Numbered from the stretch's first letter, positions 47,468 through 57,864 are shown. The stretch is 64,000 nucleotides of DNA from an uncultured Candidatus Micrarchaeota archaeon (GCA_963714085.1 OY970229.1:640001-704000); one strand, 5' to 3'. A program made the numbers and translations. The notes: generated by a model from the letters alone, not told the origin.

Positions 47468-49078
47468 ATGGCGAAGAAAGACGAAAAGGAAGACGAGAAA
47501 GAGCCCATGTTCGTGGAGAAGGAGATGAAGAAGGTTGATGTGTGGAGGTACAAGAAGTACATCTGCAGGGCAAGGATAGTGAACATACTCACCACCATGA
47601 ACATCATAGTGCTCAACACCGCGGAGGCCAAGCAGCACGACATCTACGGCGGCTACCGCACCGAGATGCACTTCGGGGGCAAGAACGTCATCGCCATAGT
47701 GGATGTGAGCGACGCGCTGGTGAAGCCCGGCGAGGTGGGCGTGTACAAGGACATCGCCGACGCCTACGGCTTGAAGGACGGCGAAAGCGTGGAGATAGTC
47801 CACATGGACAGGCCCGCGTCCATAGAGTACATCAAGAAGAAGCTCGACAACGGGACCCTCTCCACCGACCAGATAAGGACCGTGGTGCAGGAAGTGATGG
47901 ACGGCAAGCTGAACGACGTAGAGACATCGGCCTGGATAACCGGCACCTACGTGAACGGGCTGGCGGACAGCGAGATAATCGCCCTCACCAACGCGACGGT
48001 GGAATCCGGCGAATCGCTGGACCTGGGCGTCAAGCCGGTGCTGGATAAGCATTGTATCGGAGGAGTCGCCGGGAACCGGACCACCATGATACTCGTCCCC
48101 ATAATCGCCGCGGCAGGGCTTTACATACCGAAGACCTCGAGCAGGTCCATAACCTCGGCATCCGGCACCGCGGACACCATGGAGGTTCTCTGCGACGTTG
48201 ACTTCAAGATAGAGGAGATGAAGACCATCGTGCTCAAGGCCAAGGGCGCGGTGGTGTGGGGCGGAGGCATGAACCTGGCTCCTGTCGACGACAAGCTCAT
48301 CAAGATAAGGCACCCCCTGAGCCTGGACCCGGAAGGCATGCTCCTGGCGTCCATACTGGGCAAGAAGAAGTCCGTGGGCGCGCAGTACATCGTGATTGAC
48401 ATACCGGTCGGCCGCGGGGTCAAGGTGCCCTATGTCGAGAAGGCGCGGGACCTGGCTAAGCACTTCCTCACGATAGGCAAGTCTCTCAACATGGGCATCG
48501 AGGCGCTGATAACTGACGGCGCCGAGCCCGTGGGCAATGGCATAGGGCCGGCGCTCGAATGCCGGGACGTGCTCCAGGTGCTCGAAGGCGGCGGACCTGA
48601 GGACCTGCGGCACAAGTCCCTGCTCATGTCAGGCAAGCTCATGGAGCTCTGCGGCAAGGTGGAGAAGGACGGGGGCTATGCGGCTGCGGAGAATCTCCTC
48701 AAATCAGGCAAGGCGCTCGCCAAGATGAAGGAGATAATCGAGCTCCAGGGCGGGGACCCGAAGGTGAAATCCTCGGACATGCCCATCGGCCAGTACAAGT
48801 TCACGGTCAAGGCCGAGCAGGGAGGCAGCATATTCCACATCGACAACCATACGATGTCCAAGATAGCCAGGATAGCGGGCGCGCCCAGGGACCAGGGCGC
48901 TGGCATAGACCTCTACAAGCTCAGGGGCGACCGGATAAACACCGGGGACGACCTGTTCACCATCTACGCGGAGAGCGAGACCGCCCTGGATTTCACGCTC
49001 AAGGCCCTGGAGGAGCTGGAACCCATCGAGATGCGCAAGATGCTGCTGGGCACCATGGGAGGCGGGGGCGGCCAGTGA
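47468..49078 (+). CDS. deoA: AMP phosphorylase (thymidine phosphorylase family)
   Basis: DKHCIGGVAGN, KTSSRSITS..GTAD, GIGPALE, archaeal N-terminal extension. Confidence 0.93.
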   Translation: MAKKDEKEDEKEPMFVEKEMKKVDVWRYKKYICRARIVNILTTMNIIVLNTAEAKQHDIYGGYRTEMHFGGKNVIAIVDVSDALVKPGEVGVYKDIADAYGLKDGESVEIVHMDRPASIEYIKKKLDNGTLSTDQIRTVVQEVMDGKLNDVETSAWITGTYVNGLADSEIIALTNATVESGESLDLGVKPVLDKHCIGGVAGNRTTMILVPIIAAAGLYIPKTSSRSITSASGTADTMEVLCDVDFKIEEMKTIVLKAKGAVVWGGGMNLAPVDDKLIKIRHPLSLDPEGMLLASILGKKKSVGAQYIVIDIPVGRGVKVPYVEKARDLAKHFLTIGKSLNMGIEALITDGAEPVGNGIGPALECRDVLQVLEGGGPEDLRHKSLLMSGKLMELCGKVEKDGGYAAAENLLKSGKALAKMKEIIELQGGDPKVKSSDMPIGQYKFTVKAEQGGSIFHIDNHTMSKIARIAGAPRDQGAGIDLYKLRGDRINTGDDLFTIYAESETALDFTLKALEELEPIEMRKMLLGTMGGGGGQ

Positions 49079-49122
49079 GGCGCGAGATTTATAAGGACTT
49101 CTCAGCACTTTCATGTTCCATC

Positions 49123-49243
49123 CCCGCCTTAGCTCAATGGTAGAGCGGTCGGCTGTAGCTTGGTCCGGCTCCTTTTTGGAGCTTCACTACTGTAATCAGC
49201 AGTAGATACCGACAGGTTGCTTGTTCAAGTCAGGCAGGCGGGA
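49123..49243 (+). tRNA. trnY: tRNA-Tyr(GTA) with 49-nt intron at 37/38 (49159-49207)
   Basis: Acceptor CCCGCCT/AGGCGGG (C1-G72), D arm GCTC/GAGC, anticodon stem GTCGG/CCGAC, TTCAAGT T loop, discriminator A, TATA at 49088. Confidence 0.93.
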
Positions 49244-49299
49244 TCGCACTCCTCCAGCACCATTTTTAACCTTTCAAATGGAATTTGAGCTGATAAAGC

Positions 49300-50262
49300 A
49301 TGATTGACATAGTATACTTCCCGGGTCTCGTACTGATGCTGGCCATGTCGGCCTTCTTCGCGCTGGCAGAGGTCGGGATAATCGGGATACCCTACCCGAA
49401 AGTCCACAGGTTCGCCAAGGAGGGCAGATGGGGGGCCGAGAGCCTGCGCAGGCTGAAACAGAACCTGAGGAGCACCATAATCACCATAATCATAGGGAAC
49501 AACATCGTGAACATCGTGCTATCGTCCATATCCACCCTGCTGGCCATAGAGGCCTTCGGCTCCGTGGGCGTGGGGCTGGCAATAGGGGTGATATCCCTGC
49601 TGGTGCTGACCTTCGGGGAGGTTTTCCCCAAGACCTTCGCCACTACCCACATGGAGAAGGCGGCGCTCTATTCCGCCCCGCTGATCGAGATCTTGTCGTT
49701 CGTCCTCTCGCCGTTCGTGCTCATGTTCAGGGCCGTGCCAGACGTGATATTCCGCACCTCCAAGGAGCACAGCAGGGTGATGGTCACCGAAAAGGAGATA
49801 CACGACCTCATGGAGCTGGGCATGGACGAGAACGTGCTCGAGAAGAACGAGGTGGGCATGATAAAGCGCGTGCTCCTGTTCAACGACATCCCGGTGAAAA
49901 GCATAATAACCCCGATAGAGCGGGTGGCGAAGCTCTCCGAGGACGCCACAGTGGAGGAGGCCATAAAGCAGGTGTCCATCCACGACTACACCAGGTATCC
50001 GATAGTCGATGCCTCGGGGAGGATAACCGGCAGCCTGAGGGTGAAGAACCTCTTCCACCACGCCTACGACGGCAGGAACAAGAAAATCGCGGAGCTGGCG
50101 GACAAACCGCTGTTCATGGACGGGGAGATAATGATAGACGACGCCTTCGGTCTCATGAAGAAGGAGCACGCCCACATAGCCTACATCACCGACCCTGCAG
50201 GCAAGGTGACAGGCATAGCGACTACGGAAGACGTGCTCGAGGAGATAGTCGGCGAGTTCTAG
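49300..50262 (+). CDS. CNNM/CorC-like DUF21 + CBS membrane protein
   Basis: SAFF..AE, GNNIVN, FGEVFPK, CBS pair ending TEDVLEEIVGE. Confidence 0.92.
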   Translation: MIDIVYFPGLVLMLAMSAFFALAEVGIIGIPYPKVHRFAKEGRWGAESLRRLKQNLRSTIITIIIGNNIVNIVLSSISTLLAIEAFGSVGVGLAIGVISLLVLTFGEVFPKTFATTHMEKAALYSAPLIEILSFVLSPFVLMFRAVPDVIFRTSKEHSRVMVTEKEIHDLMELGMDENVLEKNEVGMIKRVLLFNDIPVKSIITPIERVAKLSEDATVEEAIKQVSIHDYTRYPIVDASGRITGSLRVKNLFHHAYDGRNKKIAELADKPLFMDGEIMIDDAFGLMKKEHAHIAYITDPAGKVTGIATTEDVLEEIVGEF

Positions 50263-50840
50263 GTCTTTTTCTCGACTATATAACTGACTTCGAGCAGCTC
50301 GCCTCTCGCCTGCTCTATCTGCATGCGGGCCACGTCCTGCTTGTGCCGGAAATCCGGCAGCACCGCGTTCGAGAAGCGCAGCGGCAGGAGTTCGTCGTAG
50401 ACCTGCTCCATCATCGCGAAGTAGTACTTCGCCTCGTGGCGGTTCCCGCGCCGCAGCGACTCGTACATCTCGCGCTTGAGCTCGCCTATCGCGTCCAGCA
50501 GGCCGTTCAGATAGGGTATCTCGCCGACGTCCAGCTCGCCGTAGGACGGGATCTTCTTCTTCTCTATGGCGGACAGCACGATCCTCGCCTCCGCGTATTC
50601 CTGGAGTATGTGGTTGAGCTGGCCGGGGAAGGACACTGATAATGCACGGATCTCCTTGAGGTCCTTCTCCGCATCCTTGAGATGCGCCCTAGCTGTCTTC
50701 AGGTCGTAGGCGTGGAGCGCCTTTATGGCGTTGGAGCAGTCCCTCACGATCTGCCTGCTGCCGGTCATTACGCTGTCCAGCTGCTCCTCTTTCTTCCGGA
50801 GTGATTTGTCTATCGTTTCTATACCGAGATGTAATGGCAT
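50259..50840 (-). CDS. Translin/Trax (C3PO) family protein
   Basis: QEYAEA, YLNGLLDAIGELKR, RHKQD; start trimmed to 50840. Confidence 0.85.
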   Translation of the reverse strand: MPLHLGIETIDKSLRKKEEQLDSVMTGSRQIVRDCSNAIKALHAYDLKTARAHLKDAEKDLKEIRALSVSFPGQLNHILQEYAEARIVLSAIEKKKIPSYGELDVGEIPYLNGLLDAIGELKREMYESLRRGNRHEAKYYFAMMEQVYDELLPLRFSNAVLPDFRHKQDVARMQIEQARGELLEVSYIVEKKT

Positions 50841-50899
50841 GTATGCACCGAAGAGAATAGGAAAAGAGCATTTATATCCTTTCTCAAGTAAAGAGACTT

Positions 50900-51367
50900 G
50901 TGTTCGATAATCCAAAAAGTTTTGTGAAGCAGATAGCCATCTTCATAGACAAAAAGGACAGCAAGAGAGCGTATGAGACCTCAAAGGAAATGGCAGCGGC
51001 GTTTCCACGCATGATGATATCGCATTTCCTGCTGGCCAAATCAGCTTTCGCACTGGAATTGTACGGAGAATCATTTTCAGAGGCCGGCAAGGCGCTCAAT
51101 CTGGCTACTGAAAAAGAAGACAGGATATCTTCAGCCATTATCGCTTCTGCCGCCCTATTCATGCTCGGGAGATACTCCGATGGCTATGAACTGCTCAAAC
51201 GTTTCGAAGACGCAAACAACGAACGCATCGAGAAGCTGCTTATAGCGTTTTCAGCTACGCTTGGAGAAGAATCAGCGAGTTTCAAACATGCGAAAACGCT
51301 TATAAGGCTGAACCGTTTTGCTGCTCAAAAGCTGATTTCCCGTTTTCTCGGAAAAGAGGGCGACTGA
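50900..51367 (+). CDS. Hypothetical helical-repeat (TPR-like) protein
   Basis: All-helical pattern, HFLLAKSAF, GRYSDGY. Confidence 0.55.
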   Translation: MFDNPKSFVKQIAIFIDKKDSKRAYETSKEMAAAFPRMMISHFLLAKSAFALELYGESFSEAGKALNLATEKEDRISSAIIASAALFMLGRYSDGYELLKRFEDANNERIEKLLIAFSATLGEESASFKHAKTLIRLNRFAAQKLISRFLGKEGD

Positions 51368-51388
51368 AGCCGCAGTTTGGGAAGACGC

Positions 51389-52309
51389 CTATTCTTCGAT
51401 GAAAGAATCGACTGCCTGCGTTATCCTCCGCATTGCCGCGGCACTGACATACATATCTATTTGCCCGGTTGCGAGCCTGTTGATTCTAGCGAGGTATTTT
51501 TTCGCGTCCTCCGGATTCGTATATCCTATTCTTCCGGTCTTGTATTCCGTACATCCGGCGCAATCGTATCTCTTCCCAAATTTATTGAAGCTGTTGTCTA
51601 CGCGGAATTCTTTGCCGCCGATGCTCACCACGGTTTCCACATGGTCGCTCCCGGTCATGATTATCCTGCCATGCAGCCCCGAATAGAGCAGCAGCCGCCT
51701 GTATACCATCTCGAGCTCGTCGCAGTCCCCGAATGAGAATATCCTCACGGTTTTCGGCCCTTGACCATCCTGATCAGAGATGGCCATGACATAGCTTGCT
51801 TTTTCTGAGAACATGTCCCGCGTCATCTTGCCCGGATACCGTTGGCTCGCATCGGCACCTATCTTGGTTGTCCCTTTTTTTGCGACCTTGGCTAGCCGGC
51901 TGTCACGCTCTTCTACGATCACATAATGATTATCAAGAATGCCCCTGTGCTTCACCATCTCATGGAGCAGCCTGGCGGTCGCGTATTCTCTCTTAACCGA
52001 GCTGTCATCTGGGTTCAGGTCGTTTTCCTGGCAAAAAGCTTCGAATTCGCCTCTCCTACGTTCCAGATAGGCTTTCGCCTTGCTGGACAGGAGGCGGCTG
52101 ACGAATCCAGACACGCAATCCCGACACTGTTTAATCTGCGGCCTCGATTCTTCAGCAGACACGCACTGCGCAACCTGCGGTCTCGATCCCTCAGCAAACA
52201 CGTCTTTGGAACTGAAAAGGCCGATGCCTACCGCTAAGGCTGTTGCAAGCCGGAATTGTTTGAATCCGGAGCTTGTTACCTGACAGTAGCTGTTCACGTG
52301 CGCCATCAT
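51389..52309 (-). CDS. Putative exported transglutaminase-like (papain-fold) protein
   Basis: Hydrophobic N-segment; FGDCDE ... DHV ... VDNS putative Cys-His-Asp triad. Confidence 0.6.
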   Translation of the reverse strand: MMAHVNSYCQVTSSGFKQFRLATALAVGIGLFSSKDVFAEGSRPQVAQCVSAEESRPQIKQCRDCVSGFVSRLLSSKAKAYLERRRGEFEAFCQENDLNPDDSSVKREYATARLLHEMVKHRGILDNHYVIVEERDSRLAKVAKKGTTKIGADASQRYPGKMTRDMFSEKASYVMAISDQDGQGPKTVRIFSFGDCDELEMVYRRLLLYSGLHGRIIMTGSDHVETVVSIGGKEFRVDNSFNKFGKRYDCAGCTEYKTGRIGYTNPEDAKKYLARINRLATGQIDMYVSAAAMRRITQAVDSFIEE

Positions 52310-52357
52310 ATAATAGGTGATACAAACTGTTTAAAAATGTTCGCAATTCGTACGAAG

Positions 52358-53809
52358 TCATGCGATAGCGAAGCGTTTCTTAGCCTCGCTCATGGAATAC
52401 CCGGTTCTCTTCATGTCCATAGCCATGTCCTTGAGGATGCTGATTTTTTGAGCTTCGGTCCTCTCATGGATGGCCGCCTGCAGCTCCTCGACATTCTGGC
52501 GGTATGGGCCGTCTAGCGACGACGCGACCAGGTCGGTGAGCATGCTTATCGCCCTCGCGGTTCCGCCAGGTTCTTTGAGCAGCTTGGGGAGCACGTTTTT
52601 ATCGAGGCGGTACGAGATGCTTACGAAGCTGTTGCCCCAGCGCCTCCGCGACGCTTCGCGCCTCACCAGGGCTTCCTCTGGTGACATTCCGACTGCGGTT
52701 TTCGCAGCTGCCGTAACCATCTCTTGCTGTGAAGGCGAAATCGAAGGCAGGGAGATGGTCTTTATGACTTTATCCCTGTCTTTATCCGACATAGAACGCC
52801 ATCTTGGCCAGAGCTCAGGCTTCTGCTTTAGCGCGGCTTCGAGCCGCCTGGCAGGGCCGGATTCGTAGTCGTCCTTGAAAATCGAGGCTGGCGGCTTGCC
52901 TTTGGACAGGGCTGAAAGCGCTACATTGACCAGCTTCTTGTCCAGTTCAGACGAGCCTTCCAAATCACGGCGTTCCGTCAGTTCCCTTGCCAGATTCTTC
53001 GGATATTCGATTTCGTAGAGGGATGGCTCCAGGTAAAACCATTTCTCTCCAATCGTAACACCCACGCCGGCATGCGAGGGGCCGCTGAGTCGGTAGACCA
53101 TCATATCCATGCCCAAATTGTTTTTATCGCTCATGTAGCGGAGCATCTGGGCCATCATGAGGGACACCTCGTCGCAGTCCCCGAATGTGAGATAATCCTG
53201 CTTGCTCGCCCCGTCACGATAGCGCGATCCATAGACGACATCCTTCATGAGGAAGCTGAATGCTTTCCCGTGGATGCTGGCGTCGTCACGCACAGAAGGA
53301 GGGACCTCCCCTACGTTTTTCAAAGTAACGCGTTTATCTGTGTACTTGAAATTCACGCCCATGGATCCGCCATAGCGGCCCATCCTGTAGACCATCCATG
53401 CCACAGACCATTGCTTGCGCACCTGTTCGTTGTCAGCGAGGCCTCCGCTCTGCTTGAGGAAGAGACTATACTCGTCCTTGTGATTTTCAAAGAACTGCTT
53501 CCAGTTGTCAGCAAAAAGCTGCCCGAAGAATGCTTCGGCGGGTAGGTTGCCAACTTTTCTTGGAACGATGCCTTCTGGCTGGTTTTTCAGGGCTGCAGAA
53601 AGTGCATTTCTCACGGCATCAGGCGTGCCTTTTTTCAGCGCCGCCTCGAGAGTCTTTGCAACCTCGCCGTTGACGCTCGACAGCGCACCGCCATAGCGCT
53701 CTGAATACTGCCTCAGCACGCCTTCGACTTCCTTGCGGGCAGGAGAAGGCACCAGTGTCAGCATCTTCCGTATCGTCGCTTCCTCAGGGCTCGCTTGCTG
53801 CTCTGCCAT
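52358..53809 (-). CDS. Transglutaminase-like (papain-fold) protein with helical flanks
   Basis: FGDCDE ... SHAG ... WFYLEPS putative Cys-His-Glu triad. Confidence 0.6.
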   Translation of the reverse strand: MAEQQASPEEATIRKMLTLVPSPARKEVEGVLRQYSERYGGALSSVNGEVAKTLEAALKKGTPDAVRNALSAALKNQPEGIVPRKVGNLPAEAFFGQLFADNWKQFFENHKDEYSLFLKQSGGLADNEQVRKQWSVAWMVYRMGRYGGSMGVNFKYTDKRVTLKNVGEVPPSVRDDASIHGKAFSFLMKDVVYGSRYRDGASKQDYLTFGDCDEVSLMMAQMLRYMSDKNNLGMDMMVYRLSGPSHAGVGVTIGEKWFYLEPSLYEIEYPKNLARELTERRDLEGSSELDKKLVNVALSALSKGKPPASIFKDDYESGPARRLEAALKQKPELWPRWRSMSDKDRDKVIKTISLPSISPSQQEMVTAAAKTAVGMSPEEALVRREASRRRWGNSFVSISYRLDKNVLPKLLKEPGGTARAISMLTDLVASSLDGPYRQNVEELQAAIHERTEAQKISILKDMAMDMKRTGYSMSEAKKRFAIA

Positions 53810-53872
53810 GGCTATAAATTGGAGCAGCATTGCTTAAAAAGGATAATATGAGAGTAAAGAGCTGGTGCGTGT

Positions 53873-54550
53873 ATGCATGTCGTCCTCTCAATAGGCGGAA
53901 GCGCGGTGGTGCCTGATGGGAAACCGAATATAAAGTTCCTCAGGGAGCTCGCTGGCGTCATAAGGGCGAGCAAGAACGAGTTCGGCATCGTCGTCGGCGG
54001 AGGGCCGCCCGCGAGGACGTACGCCAACGCGGCGCGCGAACTCGGCGCTGGCGAATTCGACGCGGACCAGATAGCCATAATGTCCACGAAGCAGAATGCG
54101 AAGCTTCTCCTGGCAGCGTTCGGTGACGTGGCTGCGTCGGAGGTCATCCGGAGCTTCGACAAGGCACGGGAGCTGGCCGGCAGGCACAAAGTCGTGGTCA
54201 TGGGAGGGACGATTCCCGGCATAACCACGGACACAGATGCCGTGCTCCTTGCAGAGGCCACTGGCGCGAAACGCCTGGTCAACGTATCCAACGTCACCGG
54301 CATTTATGATAAAGACCCGAAGAAGGATCCGAAGGCGAAGAAGTTCGACACTATGGGCTACGACCAGCTGGTGTCGCTCGCAATGTCCTCGGACAAGAGG
54401 ACCGCTGGCATGAACTTCGTGTTCGACCTCCTTGCCTGCAAGCTAATAGCCCGCTCGAAAATAGAGACCCATTTCGTGGGCTGGAAAAGCATGGACGACG
54501 TGAAGGCAGCGATGGAAGGCAAGAGGCATGGGGGGACCGTGGTAAGGTAG
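53873..54550 (+). CDS. pyrH: Uridylate kinase
   Basis: SIGGS, VVGGG..AR, PGITTD, DKDP. Confidence 0.93.
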   Translation: MHVVLSIGGSAVVPDGKPNIKFLRELAGVIRASKNEFGIVVGGGPPARTYANAARELGAGEFDADQIAIMSTKQNAKLLLAAFGDVAASEVIRSFDKARELAGRHKVVVMGGTIPGITTDTDAVLLAEATGAKRLVNVSNVTGIYDKDPKKDPKAKKFDTMGYDQLVSLAMSSDKRTAGMNFVFDLLACKLIARSKIETHFVGWKSMDDVKAAMEGKRHGGTVVR

Positions 54551-54774
54551 TCAGAGGACGCAGACGAACAAGGCTTAAAACAATTCCCTTCAGCATACGG
54601 CTTTGACATGCTAAAGGCCATCGAGGGAGTAAAGCACACGGAAGAGCTTGCGCGGCTCTTTTAATACCGGCGCTGGACGACCAGGAAGAGGCACATCGAC
54701 GACCTTTACCGGCTGAATAAGAAAACAGTAGAAAGACTCATGGTGCAGTTTATCTGAAAATGATAGTGACTGGA

Positions 54775-55356
54775 TTACTTCTTAGTTGCAGTTCCGATCA
54801 GCCTGTCTGCAAGTCCCTCTGGCTTCTCTTCGGAAAGCACCCAGGTCCTGACTTCCTTGAGCCTTCCCTCGTTCTCAGGCGTGGTTTTCTTGAACGTGCT
54901 GAAAACCTCTTCAACGTAGGCAGGACCGCCGGAAGTTTTGGCGATTGCCCTCATCTCGCTGGCCGTGGTCACTGCCAGACCAAGCACGATCTGGCGCCTC
55001 TGCTCTGCTGTGAACATATGGCCTCCCTTGACCAGGCACTCCAGCTTTCTAGCCACGTGACGCTGTTCTTTCCCTTTGGTTTCATTATCGAATACGTAGT
55101 TGATGATCCCCATAAGACTCTCTTTGTCTTTATTCTGGATGTCGTCTTCGATGCCCTTGCCCCGGACCATGTCCATCGTGAGCATGGACTTGTAGAGCTT
55201 TTCAACGGTGGACTGGGGCTCCATGAACCTGTCGGTTGCTGGGGTCCTGTCGTGGAAGCCGCGGTTCTCGCTCCCGACGTTGGCCCTGCATGGCTGCGCT
55301 GCCAGCACCAACGCCAGGGACGAAGCCGCAAGAAGCCTGTAACTAGTAACACGCAT
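54775..55356 (-). CDS. Hypothetical secreted helical protein
   Basis: Signal-peptide-like N-terminus; TATA ~25 nt upstream. Confidence 0.6.
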   Translation of the reverse strand: MRVTSYRLLAASSLALVLAAQPCRANVGSENRGFHDRTPATDRFMEPQSTVEKLYKSMLTMDMVRGKGIEDDIQNKDKESLMGIINYVFDNETKGKEQRHVARKLECLVKGGHMFTAEQRRQIVLGLAVTTASEMRAIAKTSGGPAYVEEVFSTFKKTTPENEGRLKEVRTWVLSEEKPEGLADRLIGTATKK

Positions 55357-55391
55357 AACTATGTTTTATAACATAGAATTTAAAAGGCTTG

Positions 55392-56099
55392 TCACTTCAG
55401 GTACTTGGCGACTTCCTTGTCGAAGAGCGTCCTGCAGTTCTTGGTCTTGAGGTCGCATATTGAGATCTCGACGTTCTCCTGCTGGAGCTTCTCGTCCTGG
55501 GTCTTGCGCAGGGCCTCGAGCGCGAGCTCGACCGCCTCGTCCGTGTTCATGGTGTCCTTGTAGTGCTTCTCCAGCAGGTCGTCAACTTCCTTCTTGTTGG
55601 CGCCTATGGAATCGGCCTTGTATGCAGTCATGGCGCCGCTCGGCTCGGCCTCGAAAAGCCTGGGCGAGCTGTCCACGCCCGCGATGAGCAGCGACACGCC
55701 GAATGGCCTGATGCCGCCGTACTGGGTGTACACCTGCATGAGGTCGCACACGGAGCGTGAGATGTTCTCCACAGTGGGCGCCTCGTTGTAAGTTATCCTG
55801 TGCTTCTGGGACTCCATCCTCGCGACGTCCACGAGCCGCCTCGCGTCCGCGATCAGCCCCGAAGCCGTGACCACGATGTGGCTGTCCACCTCGAATACCT
55901 TCTTGAGCGACTCCGGCATCACGAGCTTGGAGTGTATGGACTTGAACGCCACGAGCACTGCCCCGTCCTTGGCGGTTATGCCGATTGCCGTCGCTCCTCT
56001 TTTCACCGCTTCCTTCGCGTACTCCACCTGGAACAGCCGTCCGTCCGGGGAGAAAACAGTGATCGCACGATCATACGCCTGTGGGGATACTCCATACAT
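55392..56099 (-). CDS. psmA: Proteasome alpha subunit
   Basis: YDRAITVFSPDGRLFQVEYA, RPFGVSLL. Confidence 0.97.
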   Translation of the reverse strand: MYGVSPQAYDRAITVFSPDGRLFQVEYAKEAVKRGATAIGITAKDGAVLVAFKSIHSKLVMPESLKKVFEVDSHIVVTASGLIADARRLVDVARMESQKHRITYNEAPTVENISRSVCDLMQVYTQYGGIRPFGVSLLIAGVDSSPRLFEAEPSGAMTAYKADSIGANKKEVDDLLEKHYKDTMNTDEAVELALEALRKTQDEKLQQENVEISICDLKTKNCRTLFDKEVAKYLK

Positions 56100-56162
56100 A
56101 ACAAATTCACCTCTAATCGTTCATAGGATTGTTAGCATATCCTATCGAAGTATTTAAAATGT

Positions 56163-57074
56163 TCACATCGCCCGCAGCCGCTTTATCCGGTCGTCTATGG
56201 GCGGGTGGGTGGAGAACAGGGTCGACACCTTGCCTGTGAACGGGCTCGCGATATAGAGCGGCGCCGTGGCGTCCGAAGCCTTCTGCACAGGCATGGCGGC
56301 GTTCTTTATCTTCTCCAACGCGGATGCGAGGCCTTCAGGATAGCGCGTGAGCTTGGCGGCATTGGCGTCCGCGAGGTATTCCCTCTGCCTCGAGAGGGCG
56401 AACCTGAGGAGCTCGGCGGATATGGGAGCGACTATCATCAGCACCAGGGCGATTACCAGGACTATGACCTGGGCCCCGCCTCCCCCGCGCCTGCGGTCGC
56501 CCCTGCCGCCGCTGAAAGCCCCGACCCGTATGTAGGTCCAGGCGATATATGATACCAGGGAGATCGCTCCGACGAAGACCACGGCGAGCATCATGAAGCG
56601 GATGTCGTAGTTCCCGATGTGGGATATCTCGTGGGCCAGCACGCCCTCCAGCTCCTCCTTCTTCATGGTCTTGAGCAGGCCGCTGGTGACGGCCACGGAA
56701 GCGTGCTTCGGGTCCCTGCCCGTGGCGAAGGCGTTGGGGCTCGGATCGTCGACGATGTAGAGCGCGGGCATGGGTATGCCGGACGCGATCGCCAATCCTT
56801 CCACCACGTTGTAGAGGAACGGCTGCTCCTGCTCTGTGACCTGTTTCGCGCCGCTGACCCCCAGGACGACCTTGTCACCGGAATAATACATCACCACCGC
56901 GTATATGGAGAGCGCGATGAAGCCGATGATTGGGCCGATTATCCCTATGTCGAGCACGTAGGACAGCGCGCAGACCGCTGCCATGAATACGATGAAAAGG
57001 ACGAGGATGAGTATTGCTGAGTTGCGCTTGTTGTCGTCTATCGCATCGAAGAGGCTGATTTTGGCGTCGGCCAT
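56163..57074 (-). CDS. htpX: HtpX-like M48 zinc metalloprotease
   Basis: PNAFATG, HEISH, SRQREYLAD, STHP. Confidence 0.93.
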   Translation of the reverse strand: MADAKISLFDAIDDNKRNSAILILVLFIVFMAAVCALSYVLDIGIIGPIIGFIALSIYAVVMYYSGDKVVLGVSGAKQVTEQEQPFLYNVVEGLAIASGIPMPALYIVDDPSPNAFATGRDPKHASVAVTSGLLKTMKKEELEGVLAHEISHIGNYDIRFMMLAVVFVGAISLVSYIAWTYIRVGAFSGGRGDRRRGGGGAQVIVLVIALVLMIVAPISAELLRFALSRQREYLADANAAKLTRYPEGLASALEKIKNAAMPVQKASDATAPLYIASPFTGKVSTLFSTHPPIDDRIKRLRAM

Positions 57075-57105
57075 GGCACAACTCCGCAACTGCGTTCCCT
57101 AACCT

Positions 57106-57831
57106 TCAGGCGGCCGCCTTCTTCCTGGCCCTGGTAGGTTTCGGGGCCGGCGCTGCCTGGGCAGCTGCCGGAGCCGCTTCAGGGGCAGGCTCGTCTTCGG
57201 CCGGCGGAGCCGCCGGAGCGGCTTGGGGCGCGGGCGTGTCCTCGAAGGACACCTTCACCGGCTCCTTCTCCGCCTCGGCGACTTCGAAGAACGGCTTGGC
57301 AGCGAACGTCGCCGCGAACATACCGGCGATCACGCTGGTCGGGAACGTCTCCCTCGCGTTCTTGTACTCCAGCACCGAGTCGTTGTACGCGGTCCTGATG
57401 TAGGCGATCTTGTTCTCAGTCCCTTCCAGCTGCTCCTGGAGCATCTTGAAGTTCTCGTTGGCCTTGAGGTCCGGGTAGTTCTCGGCTACGGCGAAGAGCG
57501 ACTTGAGCGTCTGTGAGAGCATGTTGTTGGCCGCAGCCCGATCCTGCACGCTGCCGGTCATGAGCCCTGCCCTGTACTTCGTGACCTCGACGAGGGTGCT
57601 CTTCTCGTATTTCATGTATCCCTTGGCGGTCTCCACGAGGTTCGGTATGAGGTCGTACCTCCTCTTGAGCTGCACGTCTATCTGCGCCCAGGCGTTCTCC
57701 ACGCGGTTGCGCAGCGTTACCAGCCGGTTATAGGTCATCCATATGTAAAGCAAGATGACGACGATGCCGGCGATTACGATGAGGCCGACGCAGGTTAGCA
57801 ATCCCACTCCGCCAAGTAAATCAGATGCCAT
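57106..57831 (-). CDS. lemA: LemA family protein with Pro/Ala-rich tail
   Basis: [22 protein letters not shown]. Confidence 0.93.
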   Translation of the reverse strand: MASDLLGGVGLLTCVGLIVIAGIVVILLYIWMTYNRLVTLRNRVENAWAQIDVQLKRRYDLIPNLVETAKGYMKYEKSTLVEVTKYRAGLMTGSVQDRAAANNMLSQTLKSLFAVAENYPDLKANENFKMLQEQLEGTENKIAYIRTAYNDSVLEYKNARETFPTSVIAGMFAATFAAKPFFEVAEAEKEPVKVSFEDTPAPQAAPAAPPAEDEPAPEAAPAAAQAAPAPKPTRARKKAAA

Positions 57832-57864
57832 AATTACACCGATGTTGAATCTGCGGCATTCTTT

